From Verrucomicrobiota bacterium (lineage in GTDB: Bacteria; Verrucomicrobiota; Verrucomicrobiia; Opitutales; Cerasicoccaceae), in contig JBCBUK010000007.1 of NCBI GenBank assembly GCA_039818205.1, forward strand, positions 32,001 through 96,000: a stretch of 64,000 nucleotides of DNA, written 5' to 3'. Positions 49,701 to 60,400 of this stretch are shown here, in pieces; position 1 is the first letter of the stretch; every line of letters starts with the position of its first letter. The notes beneath the pieces were generated by a model. That model saw nothing but the letters and a program-made list of their open reading frames with translations, had not been told where the DNA came from and did not search any database. The position numbers and the translations under genes were made by a program.

Positions 49701-50193
49701 CTCGTATGAGCTACGGCTAGACTCCAGCAATGTCGGTGGCTTCAACTTCAGTGGAGACCTTGCCGTTAATTCAATGGCATATCCATCGACTGGAACACGT
49801 CACTTGGCCCCAAAGCAAACGGAGTCACTCACCGATTGGCTATCACGGATCGCGCCAGGGAGCCTTGCCTCCGACCTCCTGCCTAATTCAACCATCACCT
49901 ACGAGATGGCCTATGCCCTGGGCATCGAAGACCCATCAGAGTTTGCTGCCAAAGCGCCTGACATATTCAACCTTCAATCGGACAACGCAATGCCTGAGCT
50001 CGTATTCAAATTTACCCGCTCAAAAACAGATGCTTCCAACTTTGCTCTCGAGCACTCCTCGAATCTTTCGACCTGGGATCCTGTGCCGTTTAGCGAAATC
50101 GACCTGGTGGCTGAGGACGCAATCTCTTGGTGCTACCAGACCACGATCGACCCTGCCCAAGGTCCAAGCTTCTATCGAATCTTTGTCGACTAA
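46747..50193 (+). CDS. Multimodular secreted sulfatase
   Basis: N-terminal unknown domain, DPDPDPDP linker, PNIILIFTDDLG, CGPSRAGIMAGRY and GKWHLG. PKD-like and further C-terminal modules follow. Confidence 0.92.
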   Translation: MLHCIRFFSWLAVCWVTQAASAQNIVVSSTKPTGDYAIDELGLEGDPKSTPIRRIDDVGNARVLGHTIKESTGFDLESFILVSASNISFGTTTDIRLAILEDTNNSDRGDTVVYNELFDLNGLSFSDGDYVEFLLGSDLAIKANTTYEIQFAYSDPGSTHTNFLFRRSENGLNNYPTGTLLDENSFHFNNRGFPVTDGSLALSGLDRDLFFGLTKPSADPDPDPDPTPIPTDRPNIILIFTDDLGWGDISLHGNTSISTPQIDRLATEGVRFTNGYVTHAYCGPSRAGIMAGRYQQRFGFEANPAKTDDDMLLGIAPSEILMPQALQSAGYRTACIGKWHLGATPIHHPLNRGFDEFYGFLDGDANYWDVEQGGRIHNISREYDWVNDVGYLTDNFTDATLDFIDRNRHDRFFVYLSLNAVHGPFQATSYYQSLVNDPNLDNLRKVQLAMVLSVEETVKRIRQKLADLNLTEDTLIVFTNDNGGHTGDNGMNLPLRGHKGTHFEGGLRVPFFMIWPGKIPAGTVVDDPVITLDLYATFANAAGVQPEDRNPNLDGVDLLPYILGHETGPPHDALYWRDGTGWQFTVRQGNYKLKGGADSNRFPPSIFDVVNDPYETTNLYNSRPDLAASLRSTYNQWNATLPRQDFGNNQTFPNPISGGINSPATATANASGNPATISFTTNYVDSSGGSLNYIWQVEGEGKSFIHTPTGASSVIEFNNSGSYEVRVTVNNGRFLKEDLVTVNVSGAPSVPVSDIPTLGQTVWIESIASGKRLLVNNDGGEQVLADADPIYGSDLKPGIGSQWGVLRAPNGYLSLVSIKTGKLMKVGPAPDFVIAATEEPSETPTDSAQFQFQSEPNSRFSIVPKVAPSSRVSVDTGVARNPASATGTAGNSNTQFTFGALKHDVPYTIEVSSLEGQSSATAVQEGWFTVFLQPSLTPEINVVWVEERFPADWTVEVRSMSHGGTFDAQNKVISWGPFFGTFPNLSYELRLDSSNVGGFNFSGDLAVNSMAYPSTGTRHLAPKQTESLTDWLSRIAPGSLASDLLPNSTITYEMAYALGIEDPSEFAAKAPDIFNLQSDNAMPELVFKFTRSKTDASNFALEHSSNLSTWDPVPFSEIDLVAEDAISWCYQTTIDPAQGPSFYRIFVD

Positions 50194-50294
50194 GCGCCAG
50201 GATAAGCAGCAAAGGAATCGACTGCGGGCGACATCACCGGTCGACCCGCAAGCCATTCGACGGATTGATTCGAGCTTGAACGATAGACTAACTA

Positions 50295-52394
50295 TCAAAC
50301 GCCTCGAAGATAAACCACGCGGGAGTTGTGGACACCAAGCTCAACGGGAATATCCTGCGTCCATACCTTGTTCCCAATCGAGAATACCAGGGTGACGCTT
50401 TCAAGAGACTCCAGCAAGGCCTGATACTCTGACTCACTAAGATCCGTGCGCTCCTCTGAGATCAAGTTGAAGCGATCGATCATGAGTCGAAATGAAACCC
50501 GATCATTACGGAACTTTCGAAACACGAGCCGCCGGATGCCGGATTCTCGGCTGAAGTAATTATACAACCAGGAACTCGTTCGAGCCAAACCTGCCGATAT
50601 TTCCTGTGTCCAGATCGTATACTGCTTGAGCGAGTCATCTTCATTTGGATTGTTTGCCATCAGGTTGACGGTCACCTCCTCATCGGCGGGAATTTCAAAA
50701 TCGACTCCCTCATCGAGCTCTCCGGAGATGGCGACGCGATCGCGGTCTTGAATGCGGCTATTCACATACCCAGTCAAACGGCATAGGCGCACATTCATCC
50801 CGTTGATTACCTCAGCAACCTGAACGATCTGCATCATGCCAAGCTCTTCATGATCGAGCAGGTGGCAATGCGCCACAAACTTGCCTACGAAGTCTTCAAA
50901 GCGGGTTCGGAACTTGATACTTCCACCACCAGTCACCGTAAAGGTATCATACCAAACGGGAGTATCTAAAGTCTCTCCATTGACCTCAATCAGCATGTAG
51001 GGGTTCTGGTGAATATGAAAATTGTGATCTTCGTCTGCGCTATTTGTAATCGTCCATTCTTCAACGGCACCCAACTGAATAATATGATCGATACGGCTTG
51101 GGTCCAACAGGCGACCATCCATCTGAAACTCGAGCCCGTTGATTTCGTCATCGACCGTGTTTAGATCAACCGTCCGGGTATTCTCGACCTCACTCGCATC
51201 AATATTGGTTACCTGGACCGGCAGAGTCTCGGGAAGAGGCATGTCGACCGGATCACCCTCGACAATGACTTTCACAAGATTGAGTGCATCCCAAGTCGGT
51301 TCATCATCCGTTGTTGAACGAGGTGCATACGCACCTTTTTGCAAGTAATAGGTTCCCGGTGTATCTGACTTCCAGAGAATCTCGATTCTCTGGCCTGGAG
51401 AAAGCAGGTAATCAGTTTCTTCACGCGGCTCCGCAAACGTGATATTGTCAGTCGCAATCGCGTAGTAGGTTAGATTCTCCGAGCCATCTTCGTTGGTCAT
51501 GTTGATCGGAACAAAGAGCGTTCCCGCCGCATTCGCAATTCGCCAACGAACTAACTCACCGGGTTGCACCGTAATCTCTTGGACACTATCCTCGTCATAC
51601 CCCTGAGTGCAATCCGTCGTTCCAGTCATCGCGGTTTGCCCGTTCACCAAGAGCGCATTGACGCAGGTCGGGAAGGCAGCTTCCGGATCATCGGTGTCGG
51701 TAACCGGTTCCTCAACTTCCCAACGTGCGTTGTCATCGTCGTAGGTCAACTCGAGCACCTGCAAGATCAAAGGGATCTCCCGAGCCGCGGCAACCTCCGG
51801 CACATCGTCGAGCGGCCCGGTGATGATGATCGCGCTAGCCATGCCGCTTCTGACCTGCTGGAAAACGCCCCCATGTTTGTGGGGGTGATACCACGCGATG
51901 CCGCCAGGATGATCCTCGGGAATATGAATATTATATTGGAAAGTAGACCCTGGGTTTATCCGGGTAAATACGTTGTCGCCATTACCCAGCGGCGAGACAT
52001 GCATGCCGTGGGTATGAACATTCGTCGTGTTCCATTGGTGTGGTCGATTCGGATTGGTAACCGTTTCACCATCAGTGTTCGGCGGAAGTTGGTTGCGCAA
52101 CAGAAACTCGATCGTATCGCCGGGGTTCACCTTCCATATCGGCCCAGGAATCATCCCCTCAAACGTGCGCGTATAGATCGTGCCTAAGTTCGCTAAAGTA
52201 TTTTCGGCAAACACCACGTTCAAGTCGCCGCCCAGAACGCCATCAACACTTTCCCAAGTCTGCGGGATAATCAGTGGAGGATTGGTAGAAACTACAGCTT
52301 GTCCCAAAAGACGAGTCGGCATATTCAAGCCAACGTATCCAACGCCAACGGCTTTGATAAATGATCGCCGCGAAACACTAGAATTAATATCCAT
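50295..52394 (-). CDS. Tat-exported multicopper oxidase with C-terminal extension
   Basis: SRRSFIK Tat motif; Cu motifs NVHTHG, WYHPHKHG, HNFHIH and HCHLLDHEELGMM. Confidence 0.93.
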   Translation of the reverse strand: MDINSSVSRRSFIKAVGVGYVGLNMPTRLLGQAVVSTNPPLIIPQTWESVDGVLGGDLNVVFAENTLANLGTIYTRTFEGMIPGPIWKVNPGDTIEFLLRNQLPPNTDGETVTNPNRPHQWNTTNVHTHGMHVSPLGNGDNVFTRINPGSTFQYNIHIPEDHPGGIAWYHPHKHGGVFQQVRSGMASAIIITGPLDDVPEVAAAREIPLILQVLELTYDDDNARWEVEEPVTDTDDPEAAFPTCVNALLVNGQTAMTGTTDCTQGYDEDSVQEITVQPGELVRWRIANAAGTLFVPINMTNEDGSENLTYYAIATDNITFAEPREETDYLLSPGQRIEILWKSDTPGTYYLQKGAYAPRSTTDDEPTWDALNLVKVIVEGDPVDMPLPETLPVQVTNIDASEVENTRTVDLNTVDDEINGLEFQMDGRLLDPSRIDHIIQLGAVEEWTITNSADEDHNFHIHQNPYMLIEVNGETLDTPVWYDTFTVTGGGSIKFRTRFEDFVGKFVAHCHLLDHEELGMMQIVQVAEVINGMNVRLCRLTGYVNSRIQDRDRVAISGELDEGVDFEIPADEEVTVNLMANNPNEDDSLKQYTIWTQEISAGLARTSSWLYNYFSRESGIRRLVFRKFRNDRVSFRLMIDRFNLISEERTDLSESEYQALLESLESVTLVFSIGNKVWTQDIPVELGVHNSRVVYLRGV

Positions 52395-52676
52395 TTACTC
52401 TACAATTTTAATTAGATATGAAGCCGCAATCACTACAGCTTTAGGGGGTTAAACGCCACAAATAGAGTGGCTCTCTCTTTAGAGATATTTCACCGATTGA
52501 TACTTATGAAGGCAATATCAAACAACGTAAAAATCATACAAAAATCGACCTAAATCACCTACTGTAAGCTACTTACACCACACCAAGATTAACATTACTT
52601 AATACAATTGAGAAACAGAGCCATCAAGCGGCAGAGTCCACAGGGGTAATCTCCAACTTGAGCCAATTCGCGGACT

Positions 52677-52994
52677 GGTTCGGAGTTTATCGAAAAAAAG
52701 CTGGGCCATTGGCTCAAGCAGAAGAATACCGATGCGCTCTACCTCGAACCAGGCATTCCTTGTCAACATGGCTCAATCGAATCCTTCAATTCCGGCTTGA
52801 GTGAAGCGTGCCTCAATCGCGAACGGCTCTACAGGCTTACTGAAGTCCGAGTAAAAATTGAAGACTAGGGCCGGAAATACAATCACATCGGCCCCATCGA
52901 TCACTATGGCTGCCTCACGCCACTTGAACTCTCAAAAATCGAAATTTTCCAGCCAGATCAAATTGAACAGTGGAACAGTTTGGGTAACTCGATC
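52677..52994 (+). mobile_element. Degenerate IS3-family transposase 3' fragment
   Basis: Manual translation GSEFIEKKLGHWL...YLEPGIPCQHGSIESFNSGLSEACLNRE...KIED*GRKYNHIGP matches the IS3 GxEF...PGxPxxNGxIESFN...ECLN...YN...PH pattern. It has an in-frame stop and a frameshift. The right boundary is approximate. Confidence 0.8.
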
Positions 52995-53348
52995 CCATTG
53001 GTAACTCTCCGATCCGAAGTGAACGAATTACCTAGGGCCGGTTCATTAAGTTTTCTTAGAATGGCCCCAAAAAGATTACTTTTCAGATACTAGAATCCTG
53101 ATCTTGAGCGATCATTTAAATTGTCCCTTCACCATCAATTTTCCCTAGGTGATATCGATAACCTATTATATTATTTTCCGTTTAGATTTTTTAAATTTTG
53201 TTAATAACTTATAGTTGCTATTAAAACTGACTTAGCGATTTTGAAGGCTCCTCCACTACACTACGATCACTCCAGCAGTGCTGTTGATTGAGTGTATAAT
53301 CAAGATGAACTTCTGTGGTTCATCTAAAACCAAAGAATAAGAAATCAA

Positions 53349-54311
53349 ATGTCACTCAACTGGATTACCAAAAGCATGTACGACGGTGACGTCGCAACAT
53401 TCACCTTCAACGAGCCAATCGATTCTTACTTTGTAGCCATTCGCGGCTATCAACTCGCATTTAGCGGGCACGATCATCACGTAAAGGATATCGAGGTCTC
53501 AATGGCACCCAGCAAAATTTCCGAAACCCAAGTGCAGGTACGCGCTTCGCTTAACCTCGATGATAGTAGCGGCAACAGCGGATACCGCGACTATACCTGG
53601 GCATTTGTTACCGTTGTTGCGCTAGGCAAGCAAAGTTCATCCGCGGGTAATTTGGAACAAATCACCAGTCTTTGCGCGGGTCCGGCTAGTACCCAAATGA
53701 GCTCAACCGTTGAGGCTGCAGCCTCTGCCCTCGGATCCTTTAAATACGCTTTCAGCAAGGACCATCACGTCCAAAAGACCAGTGCATCGGTCTCTTCCAA
53801 AGCTAGCGATCAGATCGTTACTACGCAAGGAAGCGTCATGATGGAAGATAAGTCCGATAACAGCGCAGATTGCAAAAAACTGGAAGCTGGTTTGATCGCA
53901 ACCTTCCTGAACCAACCCGGTTTCGAGATCCGTTTTGCGGATTTCAACCTCGGTTCGACTAACTACGGCAAGGACAACAACAAGACCACCGTAACCTTTG
54001 AACACGATGTTCGGGATGCCGTCGCCCTATTGGCTTCCTATAAGATGAGCTATGGGTCGAAGGACCATCACCTGAAGGGCATCAAAGCCGGAAACATGAA
54101 GTATGATTCCGGGAATAATAGCTACTCGACCAGCGGCGCGATCGAAATCAACGGAAAGGATGTCACCGTCATCAATAACGAAACGATGCATGACAATAGC
54201 AGTCACCAATCCAATGATAATCAAGCAACGTTTCTCGTAATCGCGGCAACCGACTCAGACACTGGAGAACTCAAGGATCTTGGCGGACTCAGAGCTTCAA
54301 CGATCGAATAA
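53349..54311 (+). CDS. Hypothetical protein with three ~100-aa DHH-containing repeats
   Basis: Repeats YQLAFSGHDHHVK...DDSSGN, FKYAFSKDHHVQ...EDKSDN and YKMSYGSKDHHLK...HDNSSH. No signal peptide. Confidence 0.85.
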   Translation: MSLNWITKSMYDGDVATFTFNEPIDSYFVAIRGYQLAFSGHDHHVKDIEVSMAPSKISETQVQVRASLNLDDSSGNSGYRDYTWAFVTVVALGKQSSSAGNLEQITSLCAGPASTQMSSTVEAAASALGSFKYAFSKDHHVQKTSASVSSKASDQIVTTQGSVMMEDKSDNSADCKKLEAGLIATFLNQPGFEIRFADFNLGSTNYGKDNNKTTVTFEHDVRDAVALLASYKMSYGSKDHHLKGIKAGNMKYDSGNNSYSTSGAIEINGKDVTVINNETMHDNSSHQSNDNQATFLVIAATDSDTGELKDLGGLRASTIE

Positions 54312-54327
54312 TCTCTCCCGCTAGTGA

Positions 54328-54361
54328 AAACGGGCGCGGCCCCAACCGGCCGCGGCCGTTT
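54328..54361 (+). terminator. GC-rich hairpin between the DHH-repeat gene and the RHS gene
   Basis: AAACGGGCGCGGCC...GGCCGCGGCCGTTT. Confidence 0.55.
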
Positions 54362-54495
54362 ATCCATACGGATGTTACTGAGCCACACCTTGGCAGTTTT
54401 GGTGCGGTGTGGCTTGGTATCCATCTTTTGCTGAGCAACCCACACATCCATCACGCACTGACTACAATCTCAACACACTACTATTCATATCCGCC

Positions 54496-57400
54496 ATGAG
54501 CAGCTCCGGTTCCAACCCATCCATTCCTGCAATTCGATATTTTCAAATGGGAGACAGCCAGTCTCCGTTCAAGGACAGTGTTAACCTCTTTCGGGGCGAT
54601 ATTAACTGGAGCCTCAATGTGGTATCCATGCCTGCACGTAAGAGCGTGGGCGACCTCGGGGTCAACATCTCCGCGGCCTACCAAAGTCACGTTACCGACG
54701 AAGTGGAGCTCGTAAACCTTACCAATCCAACGAGCCCACTTGGCGTGGGCTGGTCGATGCCGGAAGACAAAATTTCACTCACGTCCGATGCCTCCCTTGC
54801 GATCGCCGCGCGCCAGTATTCCATGGAGAGTAATTCTACTTCGGGTACGCTGATCCTGACCAAGGTTGATGGTGCCTGCTACTACTATCAGCTTTCCAAC
54901 TACCAACCTTGGCTCATTGTTTACGATGCCGATGCAAATCAGTGGACGGTTACCCACGAAGATGGACTCGTCTACATTTATGGGGGTGGCGTTGACCAAA
55001 CCGGTGACGGCTACAACACCAGTGCGGGCAACAGTATCGCTTGGGGTGTCCGCTATGGGAACTGGACTGGAAGCACCAGCCTGACCCCTGCTCTATCCGC
55101 ATCTGCCAAGCCGGAGCAGTTTGCGCAAGAATGGCATTTGGTGCGTATCGAAAACCCTTGGGCCGATACCGTTACCTACGAATACAACAACTTTGAACGC
55201 ACCGGCGACGGTCTCCTTAAAGATGTCGAACAGTTCGTCGGCGACCCGTCAGGTCTTCCCTACACCAAAGCCGTTTACTTAACTGGGGTTACTGATGTAT
55301 TTGGACGGAAGGCGACGTTCCACTACGAAGAAAAGACCTTCGACGATAGTTCTGACGAGGCCCCCAAGGAATTCCAGGCGAGTCATACTGCCACTCCCAA
55401 TAACACCGATCCGAATGCCTACCAGGATCGCTATCAGACCAAGTACCTCGACCGCATTGAACTCGTCGATACCGATGGAGAACCCAATGGTTCCGTCAAG
55501 TTTGACTACTATCCGTTGCAAAATCTTACGACTGAGACCGGGCTCCAGAAAGGCGCGACTTACAAGCGCTACCTCAAATCGATCACCCATAAAACTCCGG
55601 CGGGCATACCCATGCCGGGCTATACTTTTACCTACGGGTGGGATGGCCAAGGAGCAGCGAACAATCCGGGAGCAATCTCAACTATTACCAGCGCAGCGGG
55701 CGGCGTCGCGGGCTACAGCTATGGCGAACAATCACTCGATATATGCAAGCGCGATTTCAAAGTCGATCCACCATCAGATGCCATCATCGGTTCGGGAGAT
55801 CCCATTCCGCGCGTTTGGTTTGGTAACGACTATGCGATCGTAACCTGGTTCAACCCACTGAACAGCAAAGTTTGGCTCGGTGCCTATACTTGGGTTGGCT
55901 ACTGGAAGGAGTGGACGCCCGAAAACCCAATCATATCCGAAGGCGTTTCAACGCTTGATCTCGACAGCATGATCGCATTGCCCGAGTCACAGTGCTTCGG
56001 CTTTTCGTTCAACGACACCAATTCAACCTCCTTATTCTTGTTCAGCCGAGACCCACGGGTGACCGGAGGGTGGAAGGCATGCCCTCAAAACACGCAGGGG
56101 GCCCTATCCTTCAACACCACAGCCGTCAGCTATGCCGCAGGCAATACCTTCATTCTGGCCAGCGCCACTGACCAAAGAAACAATCAAACTAGCCTGACGC
56201 GGATCAATTGGGACTGGGCGCAAGACGATTGGCAGATTGACCAAGACTTCAAGCAAACCGGCGACTTGGTATCGATCGCTGGCTCTGGCGAATACTACGC
56301 GATCACGCAGTGGAATCGTCAGCAAACGACAACCTTTGAGCTATCCTATCATACCCGAGACGCCGCTGGTGCGGTAGTCTGGAATACTTCTGCGGGCCCG
56401 TCGATCGAGAACACTGTTCCGAGCGACCACAAGACTATCCAGTTGGCAACGGGTAGCTCGACGCTGGCAGTCGTCATTCCCACCAGTACAACGAATCAGT
56501 CCACGACCCTAGGCTTATGGATCTACCAATGGGATGAAACCTACACCCTCAGCCAAACCTACCAGGATTCGATCGCTCAGAACCATACACCGAATGGCGC
56601 GGTTCCCTATGGACTCAGCCCACACGTCATCGACAACACTACGGTCGCCTCAGGCGGATTCCTGTTTCGCTACAATGGCGAATCGTGGTTGAAGAACCAA
56701 GAATTTGTCGTCAACAATCCATCAGACAAGAACCTCTACTGGATGGCATATGGTCCCGACTACACCATTCAAACCGTGAATGGCCCGTCGGGCATTACCG
56801 TGAACCTCCTGGCATTTGATCCCGATGACCAGGCGCAAATTGTCTCGTGGGATAACGACCCAATCCAACCGTTACCACTACCAACAACCCCACCTGAACA
56901 GCCGCAGCAGAAGTATCACCCAAGTGCCGGGGGCGGCGACTACTTCACGTCCGGCAATGCCATCTATTTTCGTGGAACGGCAAGCGACTGGGTTTCCTCA
57001 ACCCAAGCTCCCATATTTACGATTGCAGAGGACATCAACACGACGTCGATCATCGACCAGGCGCCAGGTTTTCTCGTCTACCTCATGCCCGATCCGCTGG
57101 ACTACTCCAAGACAAAGACCGTACTGCTCGTTTTGAATAACCAGCAAGTGGTGGGTCTAGGTACCGTCCTAGATGGGACAACCTACAGTCTGCAGGGCAG
57201 TTCGGGCACGGCTTCTAGCGGCACGAATGCCTTCTTCACATTTCCAGCAGCGGGCTCCTATGGCAACCTCGATAAAGCCTCGTCCATCACGCTCTATCGC
57301 TTCGCCGGTGACGATATTATGGGGCCAATCGAACACAACCCGGTTGAGACACTTTCCATTGATAACGGCTACGGTGAAACCCAACCAATCAGCTACTTCT

Positions 57401-60400
57401 TTGATCCGGCCAGTGCAGCCTGTGACGTAACCGGCAAGGTGGTTCAATACTATACATCGACCGAATTTCCAGGATCGGCGACCGTAAATCAGGCTCCTTA
57501 TGGGTCTCGGGTGACCTACTATCTCAATAGCCAAAATAACGATCAGGCCATTGATTACTATATCAACGGCTCGCCCATCACCTCCCAGCTGCTGGATCCA
57601 GCGCTCAACGGTCTGCAGCAGAAAGTGATCACCAAAGATGCCAATGACCAAACCCTCTCCAGCAAGGAATACACTTGGGGGATCTATACCATCCGCAACT
57701 CGAGCCCGACCACACCCGATGCGACACCAGAAAACCTCTTCGGCAGCTATTCCCAACAGCAAGTCGTTACCACCACTCAAGACGGTGTCGCCTCTACAAC
57801 AACCTACGACTACATACCCATCGGTTTCCCGGCTCCCTATTCCGGGCAACCAATTACGCAGTCCGAAACGAACTTCAATGGTCAAGGCGAGCCACAGAAT
57901 TTCGTAACGGCTTATCGCTACGGCTATGAAATCTATCCGGAATTTGCGGCTGGAAACGCACTGAAAACGGTTGTTCAAACGACACAGACGGTCAGCACGG
58001 ATGGCGGTCCGCCCGTCACCATCAGTGTAACCGTCTCTACCTGGAAGAACCATGGTGGAACCAAATGGGCCACTTATCAAAGTATCTCCTGGAACGGTGC
58101 GAGCGACATCAATTTCCCGTTCCCGACAAACGATTCGGTGCCTGCAGGCTGGATCCAGAACAATGCCAACACCCAAGTCAGTGCCAAGGGGCAACCGATT
58201 GAAATGGTCGACACGCAAGGTCGTCCCAACTCTGTTGTGTTTGACGCCAACCTCGAATACACGACCGCTCAGTTTCAGAATGCTTCTGTCGCTGGCGAAG
58301 AGGCCAACTATTGGGGATTTGAATCCAATGAATCCAACCCAGGATGGACACTCGACGATCCGGCAACGATCGTTTCCGACAACGGCTACACTGGTTACCG
58401 TAGCCTCCAAATCAATCAAGGCGGATCGATTGCTCGCACATTTACTCCGAGCAATCAGGACCGAGACTACGTCTACGGTGTCTGGTATAAAACACCAAGC
58501 AGCTACGAAGAATCAGCGGCATCCGCAATCACCTTATCCATTGAGGGCGGTAGCCAACCGACCTCGGTCACCGCTCCGTTTGTTGCAACAGATAACACTT
58601 GGCAACTCCTCTATGTTGTCATGCCACTTTCCTCACTCAATGACGAAGCACCGTTGACAATCAATGCCTCTGCCACCAACGCGGCAAGCCAGCCCGTCTA
58701 CATCGATAGCATTCGCTTTCTGCCGGAGGGCATTAACTTCTCTAGCTACACTTACGAACTCGCACAAGGACAGGTTCTCACTCAAACTGCTAACGGCAAA
58801 CAAGTCGACCGCGTGATCTATGACCAGTTCGGTCAAAACCTGGCAACCGGCGGCTCCTACGAGGATAACTTTAACACCGCAAATCCCAAATTCTCCTCGC
58901 GCCAAATCAATGGAACCTTCGACCCAGCGGAGCCGAATGCGCAGATTCGTATTCAACCACTTAGCGGGGGCAAATCCAATACGTTCTTTGACAACGACAC
59001 CTGGAAATCCACTTGGACCGGCTCCAATGCAGATACGAATTTCGTTGCCGGTGGTGGCCTACTTCAGCACACGAGCGCGACTGAAAGCGATACCCTCACC
59101 CTAAACGATGCGTCGGGAGTCGCGCATAGTACGCTGCTCTTCGAGTTAGCGGGGCCGACCCCCGTTGATGCCTTCGCACCGACCACACCGCTAGGCATTG
59201 CAATCGGCGAAGATACGCAGATGATGTGGGATCCATCGTCGTCTGCCTGGTCATTCACAGTCGCTGGCCAGCCGGTCGTTCCACTCCATGCAGACTCCGC
59301 AACACCGCTTACTTGGTGTTTGGTAGCGCTCGCGAGTAGCGTTCACCTATTCATCAATGGACGCCTATTACTGAGCTACGATTTACCATCGCCACTCACT
59401 GGCGACTTGAAGATTGTTACTGGCGAGAATCGTTTCGCGTTCCGGTCGTTGTCCTACGGCCTCAAACCACAGCTCGCCGTCAACTACAGCGACGGCCAAA
59501 AACAAGATCGGCAAAGCCAATCACTGGTTGAAGGCAACACCCAAGTATTTCAGTCCATCAATGATGCCGCTGGACAGCAAGTAGCTGTCACCAAAACCGC
59601 GCCTGCACGTTTTAACAACGCCACAGATACCTTGCCCTTACTGGCCTACATCGAGGGGTTCGTCGATGTGACTACGTTCCTCGGAAACCTCGACGGAAGT
59701 GGCGTCATGGACGGCTACGTGAGCGACTACTTTGATGGCTCACATGACAACAGCAACGACCAAGGCTACCCGTATAAGCGCACACGATTTGAAGCGGCTC
59801 CAGACGGGCGCCCCATTGAGCAAGGTCTCCCGGGTAAGGATTATGCAATCATCGATTCCGGAACAACCGACCCATCGTCACGCCCAACAGTTCAATTCGT
59901 GTACTCCAACAACTCGGCAACGACCGTTGCCTCTGCCTCAAGTTTGCCAGGTGGATCCTACACGGTAGTTACGCGTATCGATGAAATGAAAAACTCGCTG
60001 CAAAGCCTAGCCGATCAACAAGGTGACACGGTTTTCAAGGGCGCCGGATCCGCAGCAGAAATATTCTCTCGGCAGGTCACGCTCTTTACTGACACCGGGC
60101 GAACAACGCAGTTATTTCAACCCAATTACAATGACTCCGACCTAACGAACAAAGACCAATTCGTTTCATACAAACGCTACGACCACCTCAGCAACCTCAT
60201 TGAGAGCCAGACTCCCGATCGCGGGAAAACGGAGTTCGTTACCACCGACTCCGGCAAGATCCGCTTCATTCTGGACGGCAATGGCACGGCTCAAGGCTAC
60301 TACGTTTACATCAAGTATGATGGCTTGGATAATGTCATCGAGAAGGGGATCATCAATGGCAGTTGGGATCGAAGCCAGTTACAGTCGGTCGCAAACGATG

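Noticed and set aside
53349..54311. DHH-family phosphoesterase
   Set aside because: It lacks the DxD motifs and the alpha/beta pattern of that family. The DHH occurs three times within short beta-rich repeats.
57169..58419. 416-aa antisense ORF inside the RHS gene, and other shadow ORFs throughout the window
   Set aside because: These are antisense or alternate-frame by-products of codon bias within well-supported genes and carry no motifs.
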